Shown one piece after another: positions 1 through 10,070 of a stretch of 64,000 bases of DNA. Source of the DNA: Histomonas meleagridis 2922-C6/04-290x (taxonomy: Eukaryota > Protista > Parabasalia); assembly GCA_020184695.1 (NCBI GenBank), contig JAANOX010000218.1:270610-334609 (forward strand), written 5' to 3'. The position numbers and the translations under genes are program-made. The stretch's first letter is position 1. The number at the start of each line of letters is the position of its first letter. The notes under the pieces are model-generated. The model was given only the letters and a program-made list of their open reading frames with translations, had not been told where the DNA came from and ran no database searches.

Positions 1-880
1 ATTTGACTAATTCTGTGTGACCTTTTTCAGATGCACAAATTAATGCTGTTCCAACCATATGGTTAAAAACAATGAATCTACCAGAACAACAACTCAAGTT
101 AATATCTTTTTGTTCTAGTAACAATTTTACGATTTCAATATTACCATTTATAGAAGCTCTCATAAGAGCTGTTCTAAAAATTTCATATATATTCCAAATA
201 TATCTTATAAGCATTACAAAATTATTTTAATAAATATCCTTAATATTTATATCAATTCCTTCATGTCTAAGGAGTAATTTGACTATCTCTATGTAATTTT
301 TATCACATGCAAGTATAAGTGCTGTATGAATTTTTTTTAAAAATCTCCACAAATTATTTGGAAACATAGAGTTATTTGCTTAAGGAACAAAACAAATAAT
401 AAAATACTTTTTATATTGACATCAATTCCTTTTTGCTCTAGAAGCATTTTAACTATTTCCGTGTGACCGTTTTCTAATGCATAAATGAGTGCTGTTATAA
501 GTATTTTATTGACTCCCCAAACATGTGTATGAAATACTAAATTCATTAATCAAAAATTCAACAAAAAATATAAACATTTTTTACATTGACATCAATTCCA
601 GGTTTCTCAAGAAGTAGTTTTGCAATTTCAATATTGCCTACAGCCGAAACAATCATTAGTGGTGTTTTAAAAAAATATATAAAATATCAAAAACTTCATT
701 AAAAAATCATAATAATTAAAGTAAATATATCCCTTGCATTAACATCGATTCCTCTAAGGAGTAATTTTATAACATCAATTTTTCCATATTCGATAGCATA
801 CGTAAATGCAAGATTATATAAAATAAACAAAATCCGCAATTGATTGAAAAAATTAAACTTTTCATTCGCTTTGATTTTGG
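1..880 (-). pseudogene. Ankyrin-repeat cassette locus (5-6 ANK modules separated by AT-rich spacers), runs off the left window edge
   Basis: Reverse strand gives successive modules KTPLMIVSAVGNIEIAKLLLEKPGIDVNVKN, ITALIYALENGHTEIVKMLLEQKGIDVNIKS, HTALILACDKNYIEIVKLLLRHEGIDINIKD, RTALMRASINGNIEIVKLLLEQKDIN, GTALICASEKGHTELVK. They lie in different frames, mostly separated by 55-80 nt spacers with stops. No 5' gene body recognisable. Confidence 0.7.
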
Positions 881-1352
881 ATGTCCTTGTGAGCCATTGA
901 ATAAATTCTTCAAATTGCTGTTGAACACTCATTTCTGCAACAACACGGTTTATTGAAAAAGTGACAAGCTTATACTCCAAATGCAGCTGCACGATATTGG
1001 TTTTCAACATTCTCATGCCTGGGAAGAGGAACAATTTATTTTAAAACGCAATCCATTCACGAACTCTTTAACAGGGTTTTCCTCCATTTTTTTCATTCAT
1101 TTCCAATTTTAATCATAAAATAAATCTGTGATTAATTTTCTATCATAATTAATTTCGAATTTTGGAATGGGTTGCGTTTTTTATTACTTAATTATTTTAT
1201 TGTCTTCTCATTTTAATAAAATAAAACTCATTAATGATCCTCGCCCAACATGTATCGTAAGATATTCTGTGAAACTAATGAATGGTGTGTACGCATAGCT
1301 ATTGAAAAATTTATTTCGAATTCTAGTACTTCCACAAAATAAGGAGCTCAAA

Positions 1353-3443
1353 CAGAGGGGGTGACAATCACGTCAGACGATCATATCATATTCATTTTCG
1401 ATCAACGATAAAGACACTTTTCCCATAAAAAGTCAAAAAAATTCTTTGAACACCGATTATTTAGAATTCAAATAACCGTATTTTCATTCAATATTTGAAT
1501 ATATGTCTATGTAAACTTTTCAATATTTTATTACAAACCTCACTTCGAATTCAAAATATTGTTAGCAAAACGATGAACTTTGACGGTTGTGAGGATGATG
1601 TAAATCATTCAAAAAGTTCGATACATAGAAAAGGTGAAAAACACGATTAAAAATAATTGTAAAATGAAAATTGTGTTGCTATCGTAAAATTCTAAAAACA
1701 ACAATTTTGCAAAATTGTCTTCACCAAATTTCAAATAAATTCATTGCAATGTTTCACATTTTTAGTGGATTATTCTTTTGAATTTATATTCTGATAAATC
1801 AGGTAAACAATTCTGAAAAGCTATTTTTCATAATTTTTACAGGAACGAAATGTCTTCGATTTTGTCAATATGTTTTCAAGCATTTACGCTCTGCAAATTT
1901 CAATTTAAATGAACAAAAAATGTTCGGTATGTTTCATATAAACAGATTTTTCACAAAATTTTCATGGTAACCTTATATTTTCAAGTTTTCCATCATTATA
2001 TGTTTAAATTACACTCAGAGTGAAAATTCTGCAATAAAAGAAAATTTAAAGACAAAAAATAGACACATAGATTGACATTTTATTTTAGAAAGTGAAATTG
2101 ATAAATTCAAAGACAAATCAACAAAAATGGAGATAAAAGATTGAATTCAATCTTATTAATTTTCTTATTTTCAAACAAAAATAGTTTTAATAAAAAAATA
2201 ATTTATTTTACTTTTTTATTTATTTTTTTCATTAAAATTGGTTTATTTGTTTATGTGAAATGAAATTTTTTAATGGATTTAATCCACCTGTTGCTACTAT
2301 TCCTAACTTTCGAGTTGAGACAAATTGATTCGAAGGACTGGGTTGCGAAAATTCATCCTCAAAGAAAATGTATTCATTGTCCTGGAAAGAAAATGGGAAT
2401 AAATGAATAAATGTAAAAAATTCAAAATATTATGAAAATAACTTGAGCATGAATTCAATCGAATTTCCGAAAGCATTCATTATTTTCTGATTTTTTTGTG
2501 GTTTGAGAATTACACCGCTTGAGAATAATCTTTTTGGAACTTGAATATTTATCTCAAGATTATTGCACAATTCTTCAAACACTAAATCTTGTATCAATGC
2601 CCATGCAAACACGTCAGAACGGTTATCACCATGGGATATTTATTAGTTGATTCAAATGTTCAATTGAACCGTCGAATATATCATTTGAAATATTAAATTT
2701 TTCAAGATAATTTTTACGATATCTTTGAACCGTCCTGAAACAAGGCAAATCAAATATTTGGCGCAAAATTGAATACCAATTTTTGCCAACAAAACTAATG
2801 ATTGTGAGAATATCACAAATTTGAACTGGATAATTATTTCTCCTTTTTGTGCTATTTTGAATCAAATTTTGATATAAAACATCAAATAGTTTGTTGGTTG
2901 TTGTTCTTATAAATAATAATTCTTTTTGTTCTTTGTTTAATTCTTCGATTTGATTATTGTAATCTTTTAAATTTAATAACAATTGGTGATTTTCTTTCTT
3001 CAGTTTGCAAATTTGCATTTTCAATCGATTATAATCGTCAAAAAAATTTTCAATGGACTGTTTTCCTTTTTGAATCGAAGATAAATTTTCCAAAAGAAAT
3101 TGTTTCTCCTGTTCGATTTTGGCGTTTACTGAATTAAGATGTGTATTTGCACTTCGAAGCTGAGACACCAATAAATGTAATTTGTTGTTCTCTTGTAAAA
3201 GTGCCTGATTTTTTTGATTCAAAAAATTTAAATGTTCATTTAAACATCGAATTTCATTCAAAAGCTCATGAATTTTTGAAGCCTGACCTTCGAGAATTGA
3301 ATTTTGTTTTCTGTATATGTTTTGTACTTGAATCTTCTTTCTAGAAGCTTCCATTTTGATAAAATACAATTGATTTTGACTGACTAGTTTATGAAAAGTG
3401 CAACTTGATCGTTTTTTATTCAAATGGATTGTCACCCCCTCTG
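1353..3443 (-). mobile_element. Non-autonomous DNA transposon derivative (P-element-like) with 17-bp terminal inverted repeats
   Basis: CAGAGGGGGTGACAATC at 1353-1369 and its exact reverse complement at 3427-3443. Flanking near-direct repeat gctcaaac (1346-1353) / gctcgaac (3443-3450). Contains a transposase-like remnant. Confidence 0.8.
2232..3354 (-). pseudogene. Internally deleted, frameshifted transposase remnant
   Basis: ATG at 3354 (MEASRKK), long coiled coil, then KRRNNYP...WYSILRQIFDLPCFRTVQRY resembling the P-element transposase N-terminal helix motif (AYxxLRxxxxLPSxxTLxxW). Stop at 2626; further fragments in other frames (HGDNRSDVFAWALIQ..., ...RKLGIVATGGLNP...*). No DDE core visible. 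Confidence 0.55.
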
Positions 3444-3861
3444 CTCGAACATAAAAATCTATTTGTATCGTTTCTATTTAATGTGATTTGAATGAAATTA
3501 AATATATTGAAATTGCATTTTATATATAATAAATATTTTAAAGCTTTATTCAAATGTGTAAATAAAATTTACTATTCAACTGGACTCAATTATAAACATT
3601 AATCATAAGTGCTATTTCATTCAAATTGTTTCCAAATATGATTTCAAAATTTTAAATTAACGAAACAAATATTAAATAAAACATTGCATTAAAGAAACTT
3701 AAGGGTATTACGAAAACTAACCCCTCATGAAAAATTTCATAAAATACTTATAACAAAAATTATCAAAGAATTATAATGATCACTCACAAAAATATGAAAA
3801 AAATAAAATTTAGAGAATTCGAGATTTATTAATGATTTATATCGCATATGATTCAATCGAA

Positions 3862-5524
3862 TTATAACCATTGATCACTTTCTTTAAGAATGAAATCTTT
3901 AAATTCTTTGTTGATAACTTCTGTATTACCTTCAGACGAACTTATTGTAGTCATTTCTGTATGTGTATTCGAATTTCCTTTTTGTTTGCGTTGAATTAAA
4001 AAGAGAACAAGTCCAATCATAAGTAATACGATGATTACTGCTCCACAGATAATACCAATTAACGCACTTCGCGGAAATGAATCATTTTCGTGTAAATCAT
4101 ATTGAAGTATTGTGTAAAAATTAGAATAATACACATAATACGTCGAATATTGATAAGGAATATATTCATATGTAATAAATTCAGAATAAATATAATAATA
4201 TGTAGAGTGAATTAATGTGATACTAATCGAATTCGTAATAATCGATTTAGAAATTATGGTTTGTGTAATGGAATGCGTGGAAATTATCGTATGAACAAAT
4301 GTTCCATCGAAATGGAATGAATTAGAAAGTAAATTTAAAGATGAAAATGAATAAGTGAATGAATTCGAATTAGTAAATATATTTGATTTAGAAAATGTAT
4401 ATGATATTGTAAAAACATTTGATTTAGTAAATGTATTTGATTTAGTGAATGTATTTGATTTAGTGAATGTATTTGATTTAGTGAATGTATTTGATTTAGT
4501 GAATGTATTTGATTTAGTGAATGTATTTGATTTAGTAAATGTATTTGATTTAGTAAATGTATTTGATTTAGTACATGTATTTGATTTAGAAAATGTATTT
4601 GATATTGTAAAAACATTTGATTTAGTGAATGTATATGATCGGGTAAATATATTTGATTGTGTAAAAGTATGAGTTGTTAATGAAATGCATCCTTCAATGG
4701 CTGTTACTTTACAAACTGGTTTTGAGCCAAATGTATCGCTATTATATGAATTTAATGTCTTAACATTCTCTGCAAGTACAGTTTCAAAAACATCTGATCC
4801 AAATGTTGGTTCTTTTTCACCACAAAAATAAATAGATTGAATACTTACGCACCCATAAAACACAGAATTTCCAATATTTGTAACCGAAGATGGAATTGTA
4901 ATACTTGTTAATGATGAACAGTATTGAAATGCACGGTTTCCAATCGTTCTGACATTATCGTGGATTATTATTGATAATAAACTCATACAACCAGAAAGCA
5001 TAGTGTTTGAAATTGAAGTCACTAAATTTGGAACTGTAATGCGTGGTAATGATGTACATGATGAAAATGCACCTTCTTCAATTGTTCTTACATTTTCCCC
5101 AAAGGTAACCAAACGTAATGAAGAGCATAATATAAATGCATATTCTCCAATAAAAGTAACAGAATTGCCAATTGTTACTGTTTCCAATGAATTAAGATAA
5201 CCAAATGCATAACTTTCAAATGCAGTAACACCAACACCAATTTCAACAGAAGCCAATGAGGAAAATTTTGAAAAAGCATCAGATCCAATTTTTTCAACAC
5301 CGCCAATGATTTTAACATGTCTTGCTTCATTATATGTATTTCTTCCATTATATTCATCAGATGTAGTTATATAAAGCGTTCCTGATTCATATGTCTCAAA
5401 TGATTGTTTAAAAAAAAGGGCAAATAAAAGAAAAAGAATTTTTGAGGTAATAAAAGTTTTGAAACTTGAGTTTTGATATTAATTTCTTAGAAAAGACAAC
5501 AAAAAATACAGTAGCCATTTGCAT
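3862..5524 (-). CDS. BspA-like LRR (TpLRR) surface protein with Thr/Ser stalk, TM helix and short tail; frameshift near the 5' end
   Basis: IGxxAFxxCSSLxSIxIP repeats, (TFTKSN)n stalk, TM ALIGIICGAVIIVLLMIGLVLFLI. The body frame extends upstream through KILFLLFALFFKQSFETYESGTL but has no ATG before a stop; the nearest ATG ORF (MQMATVFF, 5524) is in another frame. Confidence 0.75.
4375..4660. repeat. 18-bp tandem repeat (GTGAATGTATTTGATTTA)n encoding the TFTKSN stalk
   Basis: Directly visible; near-perfect copies at about 4431-4590 with degenerate flanks. Confidence 0.95.
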
Positions 5525-5884
5525 GATTTTGGAAGAGATAATGGTTAAAATTTTTTTTGTAATATTTAAATATTCATCAAGGAAATTAGAAAAAAGAAAA
5601 AATCTTGAATGACAAGTGACATCTAAATGAAGATGTGTGACTGATAAGTGTCGTTGTATTGTGTTAATAAAATGTAACATTAATGGAATTATTTAGAATG
5701 AACCCGAAAACAGGTTGGTGGTACTTTTTTGAAAAATGCGTATCAAATTTGAGAGCTTTTAAATAGTTTATTTACTGCGTTATGGCCATATTTTTTGTGA
5801 GTATAACAATCCCAAATCCTATTAAAAAGTGGATTTTTGACTTTTTTATTGTTATTAAGCGAACGTTAAACTGTAAATAGAATA

Positions 5885-6225
5885 ATATGAATATTGCCAT
5901 CAATCCTTCTTGTTCAAGAAGTAATTTCACTATTTCTGTATGGCTATTTTCAGATACTATTAAAAGCGCTGTACGAAATAATTCGAATAGTTATCAATTC
6001 AAATTTTAGAATACCACTATTAAAATGAACACAGTGTGAAACGAAATAATATTTTTAGCATTAATATCAAACCCATTTTTCTCTATACGTAATTTAACTA
6101 TTTCTGTGTATCCCTTTTCAGATGCAGAAAATAATGCTGTTCCATGTGGTTAAAAACAATGAATGTAACAGAACAATAACTCATGTTAATGGTGTCTTTT
6201 TGTTGGAGCAACAATTTTTTTCTCT
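5885..6225 (-). pseudogene. Ankyrin cassette relic (partial module plus two modules with interrupting spacers)
   Basis: LLLQQKDTINMSYCS [26 nt] GTALFSASEKGYTEIVKLRIEKNGFDINAKN [~75 nt with TAA] RTALLIVSENSHTEIVKLLLEQEG. Confidence 0.7.
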
Positions 6226-6508
6226 GGAGATTTTTGTCACATCCTTATAGGGGTGTAAAACGACCGTTTTCTGGAATTTACCATAAAGGAATTTATTTTT
6301 AATTTCCTCATGAGGAAATTTATAAATGTATAATGAGAAAATTCAAAAATCAGCAGAAAACTTTTCAAATTAGAAGAAATATTTTTCTTATTTTTGCTGG
6401 TAATAATGAATTATTGTGTTCTTTCGATTGAAATGATATTCTCACATCAACACACACAAAAGATATTTTACAAAAAATTATATGTCTCATATATTTATTA
6501 AACATTTT

Positions 6509-7375
6509 CTATATGCTCTTTTCGTTACCGATTAACATTGCTTTTATTTCGGCATTTTGATTGATAACTGTTTGCATCATCGAGTTTATTTCTTCCGAAT
6601 TTTTTGATGCAACAGTTTCGATGTTTTGGAGCCTTTGCAGAATATTCTGAATGATGGATCTGGTTTCGTTTAGTTCACGCTTTAAAACGAAGTTCTCATG
6701 AAGAAGTTCATTTGCATCTTTCTGAATCAAAAATTTATCTTTAATTATATCATTATTAAGAAGTGTTTTAATTTCTTCTATTGACAAGGCAGAAAGATCA
6801 ATAAAGTTGACTAGATTCGCTGCTTTAGATCCATGAATTGAAAGAAGATTTATTAATGCATTAAATAATTTATGATGATCGCGTAAAATGGATTTTGGAT
6901 GCGATAATAATTTATAAATTGTATCCAAAGGAAAAAGAGGAAAAGAGGGAAGTGAAACAATAAAATCAAGATGCGGAGCTAAAATTGATATAAACTCATC
7001 GTTGTTTTCGCATTCATCTTCTTTTTGAATATTCTCTATAACACTTTGTATATCAGAATCTGTTTCAATCAATTTAATACATTTTTCTCTAATAAAATCA
7101 ACATTCCACTTTTCTGATAATTTAAGAAAATCATAAGCATATTCTTTTTTTACCTCATCTACATTGTGATTTTGTACAGTTTCAATGAAATCTATAAATA
7201 TGGGTGTTGGTGTTTTACCAACAATATTTAATGTTTTTTCTTCATTGAATCCGTAGTTTTTTTGAAACCAATCAGAAGCAATTAAAAGTTTAAACTTTGA
7301 AACTTTTATTTCTGTTTGATTGTATATAATAGTAAAATCTGTATCAAGTGGAGGTGGTGCAATTACTTTTTCCAT
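6509..7375 (-). CDS. BTB/POZ-domain protein with C-terminal coiled coil
   Basis: DFTIIYNQTEIKVSKFKLLIASDWFQK...YDFLKLSEKWNVDFIREKC BTB signature; ATG re-assigned to 7375 (MEKVIAPPP). Confidence 0.8.
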   Translation of the reverse strand: MEKVIAPPPLDTDFTIIYNQTEIKVSKFKLLIASDWFQKNYGFNEEKTLNIVGKTPTPIFIDFIETVQNHNVDEVKKEYAYDFLKLSEKWNVDFIREKCIKLIETDSDIQSVIENIQKEDECENNDEFISILAPHLDFIVSLPSFPLFPLDTIYKLLSHPKSILRDHHKLFNALINLLSIHGSKAANLVNFIDLSALSIEEIKTLLNNDIIKDKFLIQKDANELLHENFVLKRELNETRSIIQNILQRLQNIETVASKNSEEINSMMQTVINQNAEIKAMLIGNEKSI

Positions 7376-7438
7376 TAGCAAAAACAAAATTTTTATTTTC
7401 ATTCAATTTTTGTTGATGTGAAGTGGCAATTTACTTCA

Positions 7439-9124
7439 ATGATATCCCAAGAGAAAACTCCTAGAGAAATCAACGTTATCTATACCAAAGTAGACTATAT
7501 GCCAGACATAGTCTTTGAGAATGAAACAGTTCCTATCCCAAATACCTCTCTTCCTCAATATATGCGACCATATACTCCAGAACTTCTTGCACAAATTTTT
7601 AAAGTAATGGGCTGTCAAACACCTTTAAATGTTAGTTTAGCAGAATGGGTTTTTACATTTCTTCGATGTTGTCAACCTGATCAAGCCGCAATTATTTTGG
7701 GGACTGGTTATAGCAACATTTTTGCCAATCCCAGGAGTTATTCGCATGGTTTTTTAGTACTTACTCGTTTACAATTTCATCGTTTAGTTGTTGCTGCATT
7801 ACATGTTCATCAGTACAAAAAGATCAGATACGCAGTTGATTTTCGACTCGCGCTTGATTTCTTTGAAGACAGAAGATTCTTTATTGTACTACTCAGTGGT
7901 GCTCCGGGTACAGGAAAATCCACAATTGCGTCTTTACTTGCGAGTCGACTTCCTTGCAATTACATTTTATCAACAGATTCTGTTCGACATGCAATGCGAT
8001 CATTTTATTCACAAGAAGAATACCCTATTCTTTATAAATCCACATACGAATGTGGTGATCTTATTGATCCTGAACATCAACTCCCAGAAAAAGAAAGAGT
8101 ATGTTTTTTTTAATTGGGAATTTCGAAAAAAGTTTTTTACGGTTTTGTGAGGTGCCCCAATAACGATTCTATTGTTTATGCAAAACTGCAATCTACTTTG
8201 GTTCGAAATCCCAATTTTCATATAATTTTCTAACCACAGTGTATTAAAGGATATCTAGCACAATCGGAACTAGTTGGCCAGCAACTTATTAAGATCATTT
8301 CTTCATTTGTTCAATCACGTGCATCTCTAATTATTGAAGGTGTGCATCTCAATTCTGAACTTATGATTAAGTTTGCTAAGCAGTTTCCGAATGTTATACC
8401 TTTCTTAATCTATATTAAGAAAGAAGAATTTCACATCCAACGATTTGCAGTTCGAGCAAAATATATGACAACAGACCCTTCCATGAACAAGTACACACGA
8501 AACTTTGCCGCCATTAGGCACGTTCAATCTCATCTTTCTGAATGTGCCACACGATTTCTAATTCCAAAGATTGACAATCGCAATATTGATCGATCGATGG
8601 AAACAATGCACCAAACCATATTTTCTTATCTAAAGAAGCTCAAAGGACGAGATTCTATGTATGATCCTGAAACTGGTCGATTAACATTTCTTGCCAGTAT
8701 ATGGAAACGTCGCAAGCAAAAGACTACATCTAAATCCAAAACATTATCCAGCATTCAGTCGTTAAAGAATGAAGTTTTAAAACAACAAGATAATACTCCA
8801 CCATCTGATGCAGCCATGAAAGAATTACTTGCTGCATTACCAGTTGAATCCGGTATATTTAATAGTGATGATATGGATGGGGATGTAATCCAATATTTGC
8901 CAAATGGCACAATGATGGTAAAAACAAGTAAGCAAACAGAAGAAGTAGTTAATAAGCCAACGTCAAAAAGAAAAGTAGAAAAAATGGCACCAGGAGATTT
9001 CGTGGAAACTGAAACAGAAACTGACATCGCCGAGGTGACGTTAACGGACTTCATGGAAACGACCGATACCGAAAGTGACATAAAGTTCTCAATGAACGGT
9101 TATCATCAATTTGTTAAAGAATAA
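7439..9124 (+). CDS. 2-phosphoglycerate kinase-like / LPA1-like P-loop NTPase, two exons (7439-8098, 8240-9124)
   Basis: Walker A LLSGAPGTGKSTIASLLASRL, STDSVRHAMR, IIEGVHL. Removing 8099-8239 joins EKER|CIKGYLAQSELV in frame with the 8342 ORF. Confidence 0.85.
8099..8239 (+). other. 141-nt phase-0 spliceosomal intron
   Basis: 5' GTATGT; 3' TTCTAACCACAG (branch point fused to acceptor, parabasalid style); in-frame stop inside; removal restores the reading frame. Confidence 0.92.
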
Positions 9125-9249
9125 AATTTGACCATGTCAACCCTCCTTTGTTTGTTTTTGGTTAAATAATATTTAATTGTATGCGTAAAATCAAAATTCG
9201 TTTGTGATGATATTTCTTGAAGTTGTTCGATTTCATCATTTCGTATTTG

Positions 9250-10000
9250 CGAGTTCATTTGGATTAACGCAGTCTTCAATTAATTGCTTATTAAGCAAAA
9301 TCATTCTTTGAAAGTTCTTCATAATTCTCATAAATGTAATCATCATAAAATTTATGACATTACCATTTATCTTCATCCGATATAATTTATTTATTTTACC
9401 TTGAACAGAGTCTGTGAGGTAATTCTGTATCTGGTTATATTATATTATTTTTTATCATTTTCTTTCTCAAGAAGATAATCTGAAAGATCTTTCAGATATA
9501 ACAAAATACACAAAAACATGCTTAAGCGTTGAAGTTTTCCCCACTCATTCGGAGGTGTATTATTTCAACCATTAGGAAAAAAATCAAAGATGACAAAGAA
9601 TTCATTCATGAATCTGGCACTGATTTGAAAATTTAAATTTAAGCAAGTTGAATATTTTGAACATGTTGAACTTGAACAAACGGAGCCTCATATTTTAATT
9701 GAATTAGCTTAAGAACGTGAAAAATTCCTATTTTCAATAAATTCAACTAACTTTGATCAATATTGATCAAAGCCATTCACAAATTTATAATCATTTTTAG
9801 AACACATTTCATTGACATTCGATAGCAATGTTAAAATATTCATCGACTTAAAATCTTCAACGTCATACCGCCTATCGAATAAATTGATTTCCAATGAGTA
9901 CAATTGATAATAAGTCCAATGATACAAATAATTCATTTCATTGTCACTCTTCACATCGCTTAATAAGTTTACGGATGACGTACTTCACCCAAAACAACAT
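9250..10000 (-). pseudogene. Degraded coding relic of unknown family
   Basis: Protein-like stretch (SDNEMNYLYHWTYYQLYSLEINLFDRRYDVEDF...) broken by several stops; no family recognised. Confidence 0.35.
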
Positions 10001-10070
10001 AATTTCATAGTGCGACAAATATCACAAGAATTCTGATTTTAAATCGTTTTTATGTTGGTTGACAAATTGC

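Noticed and set aside
699-1034. 111-aa ORF as a single real gene
   Set aside because: TTG start; the N-terminal part is unrelated sequence fused by chance to one ANK module and a spacer read-through.
4335-4672. Overlapping ORFs (LNQIH)n and (VFDLVN)n
   Set aside because: Shadow frames of the 18-bp TFTKSN repeat.
5405-5425. Euplotes-like +1 programmed frameshift at TTT-TAA joining the upstream ORF to the BspA body
   Set aside because: Similarity to the 45502 BspA indicates the body frame is already the correct one upstream of this site (ILFLLFALFF), so the lesion lies earlier.
6245-6270. TAGGGGTGTAAAACG as a hAT-like TIR next to the ankyrin relic
   Set aside because: No matching inverted partner or TSD found in the window.
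9478-9497. 20-bp perfect palindrome ATCTGAAAGATCTTTCAGAT
   Set aside because: Single instance inside a decayed coding relic; no supporting context.
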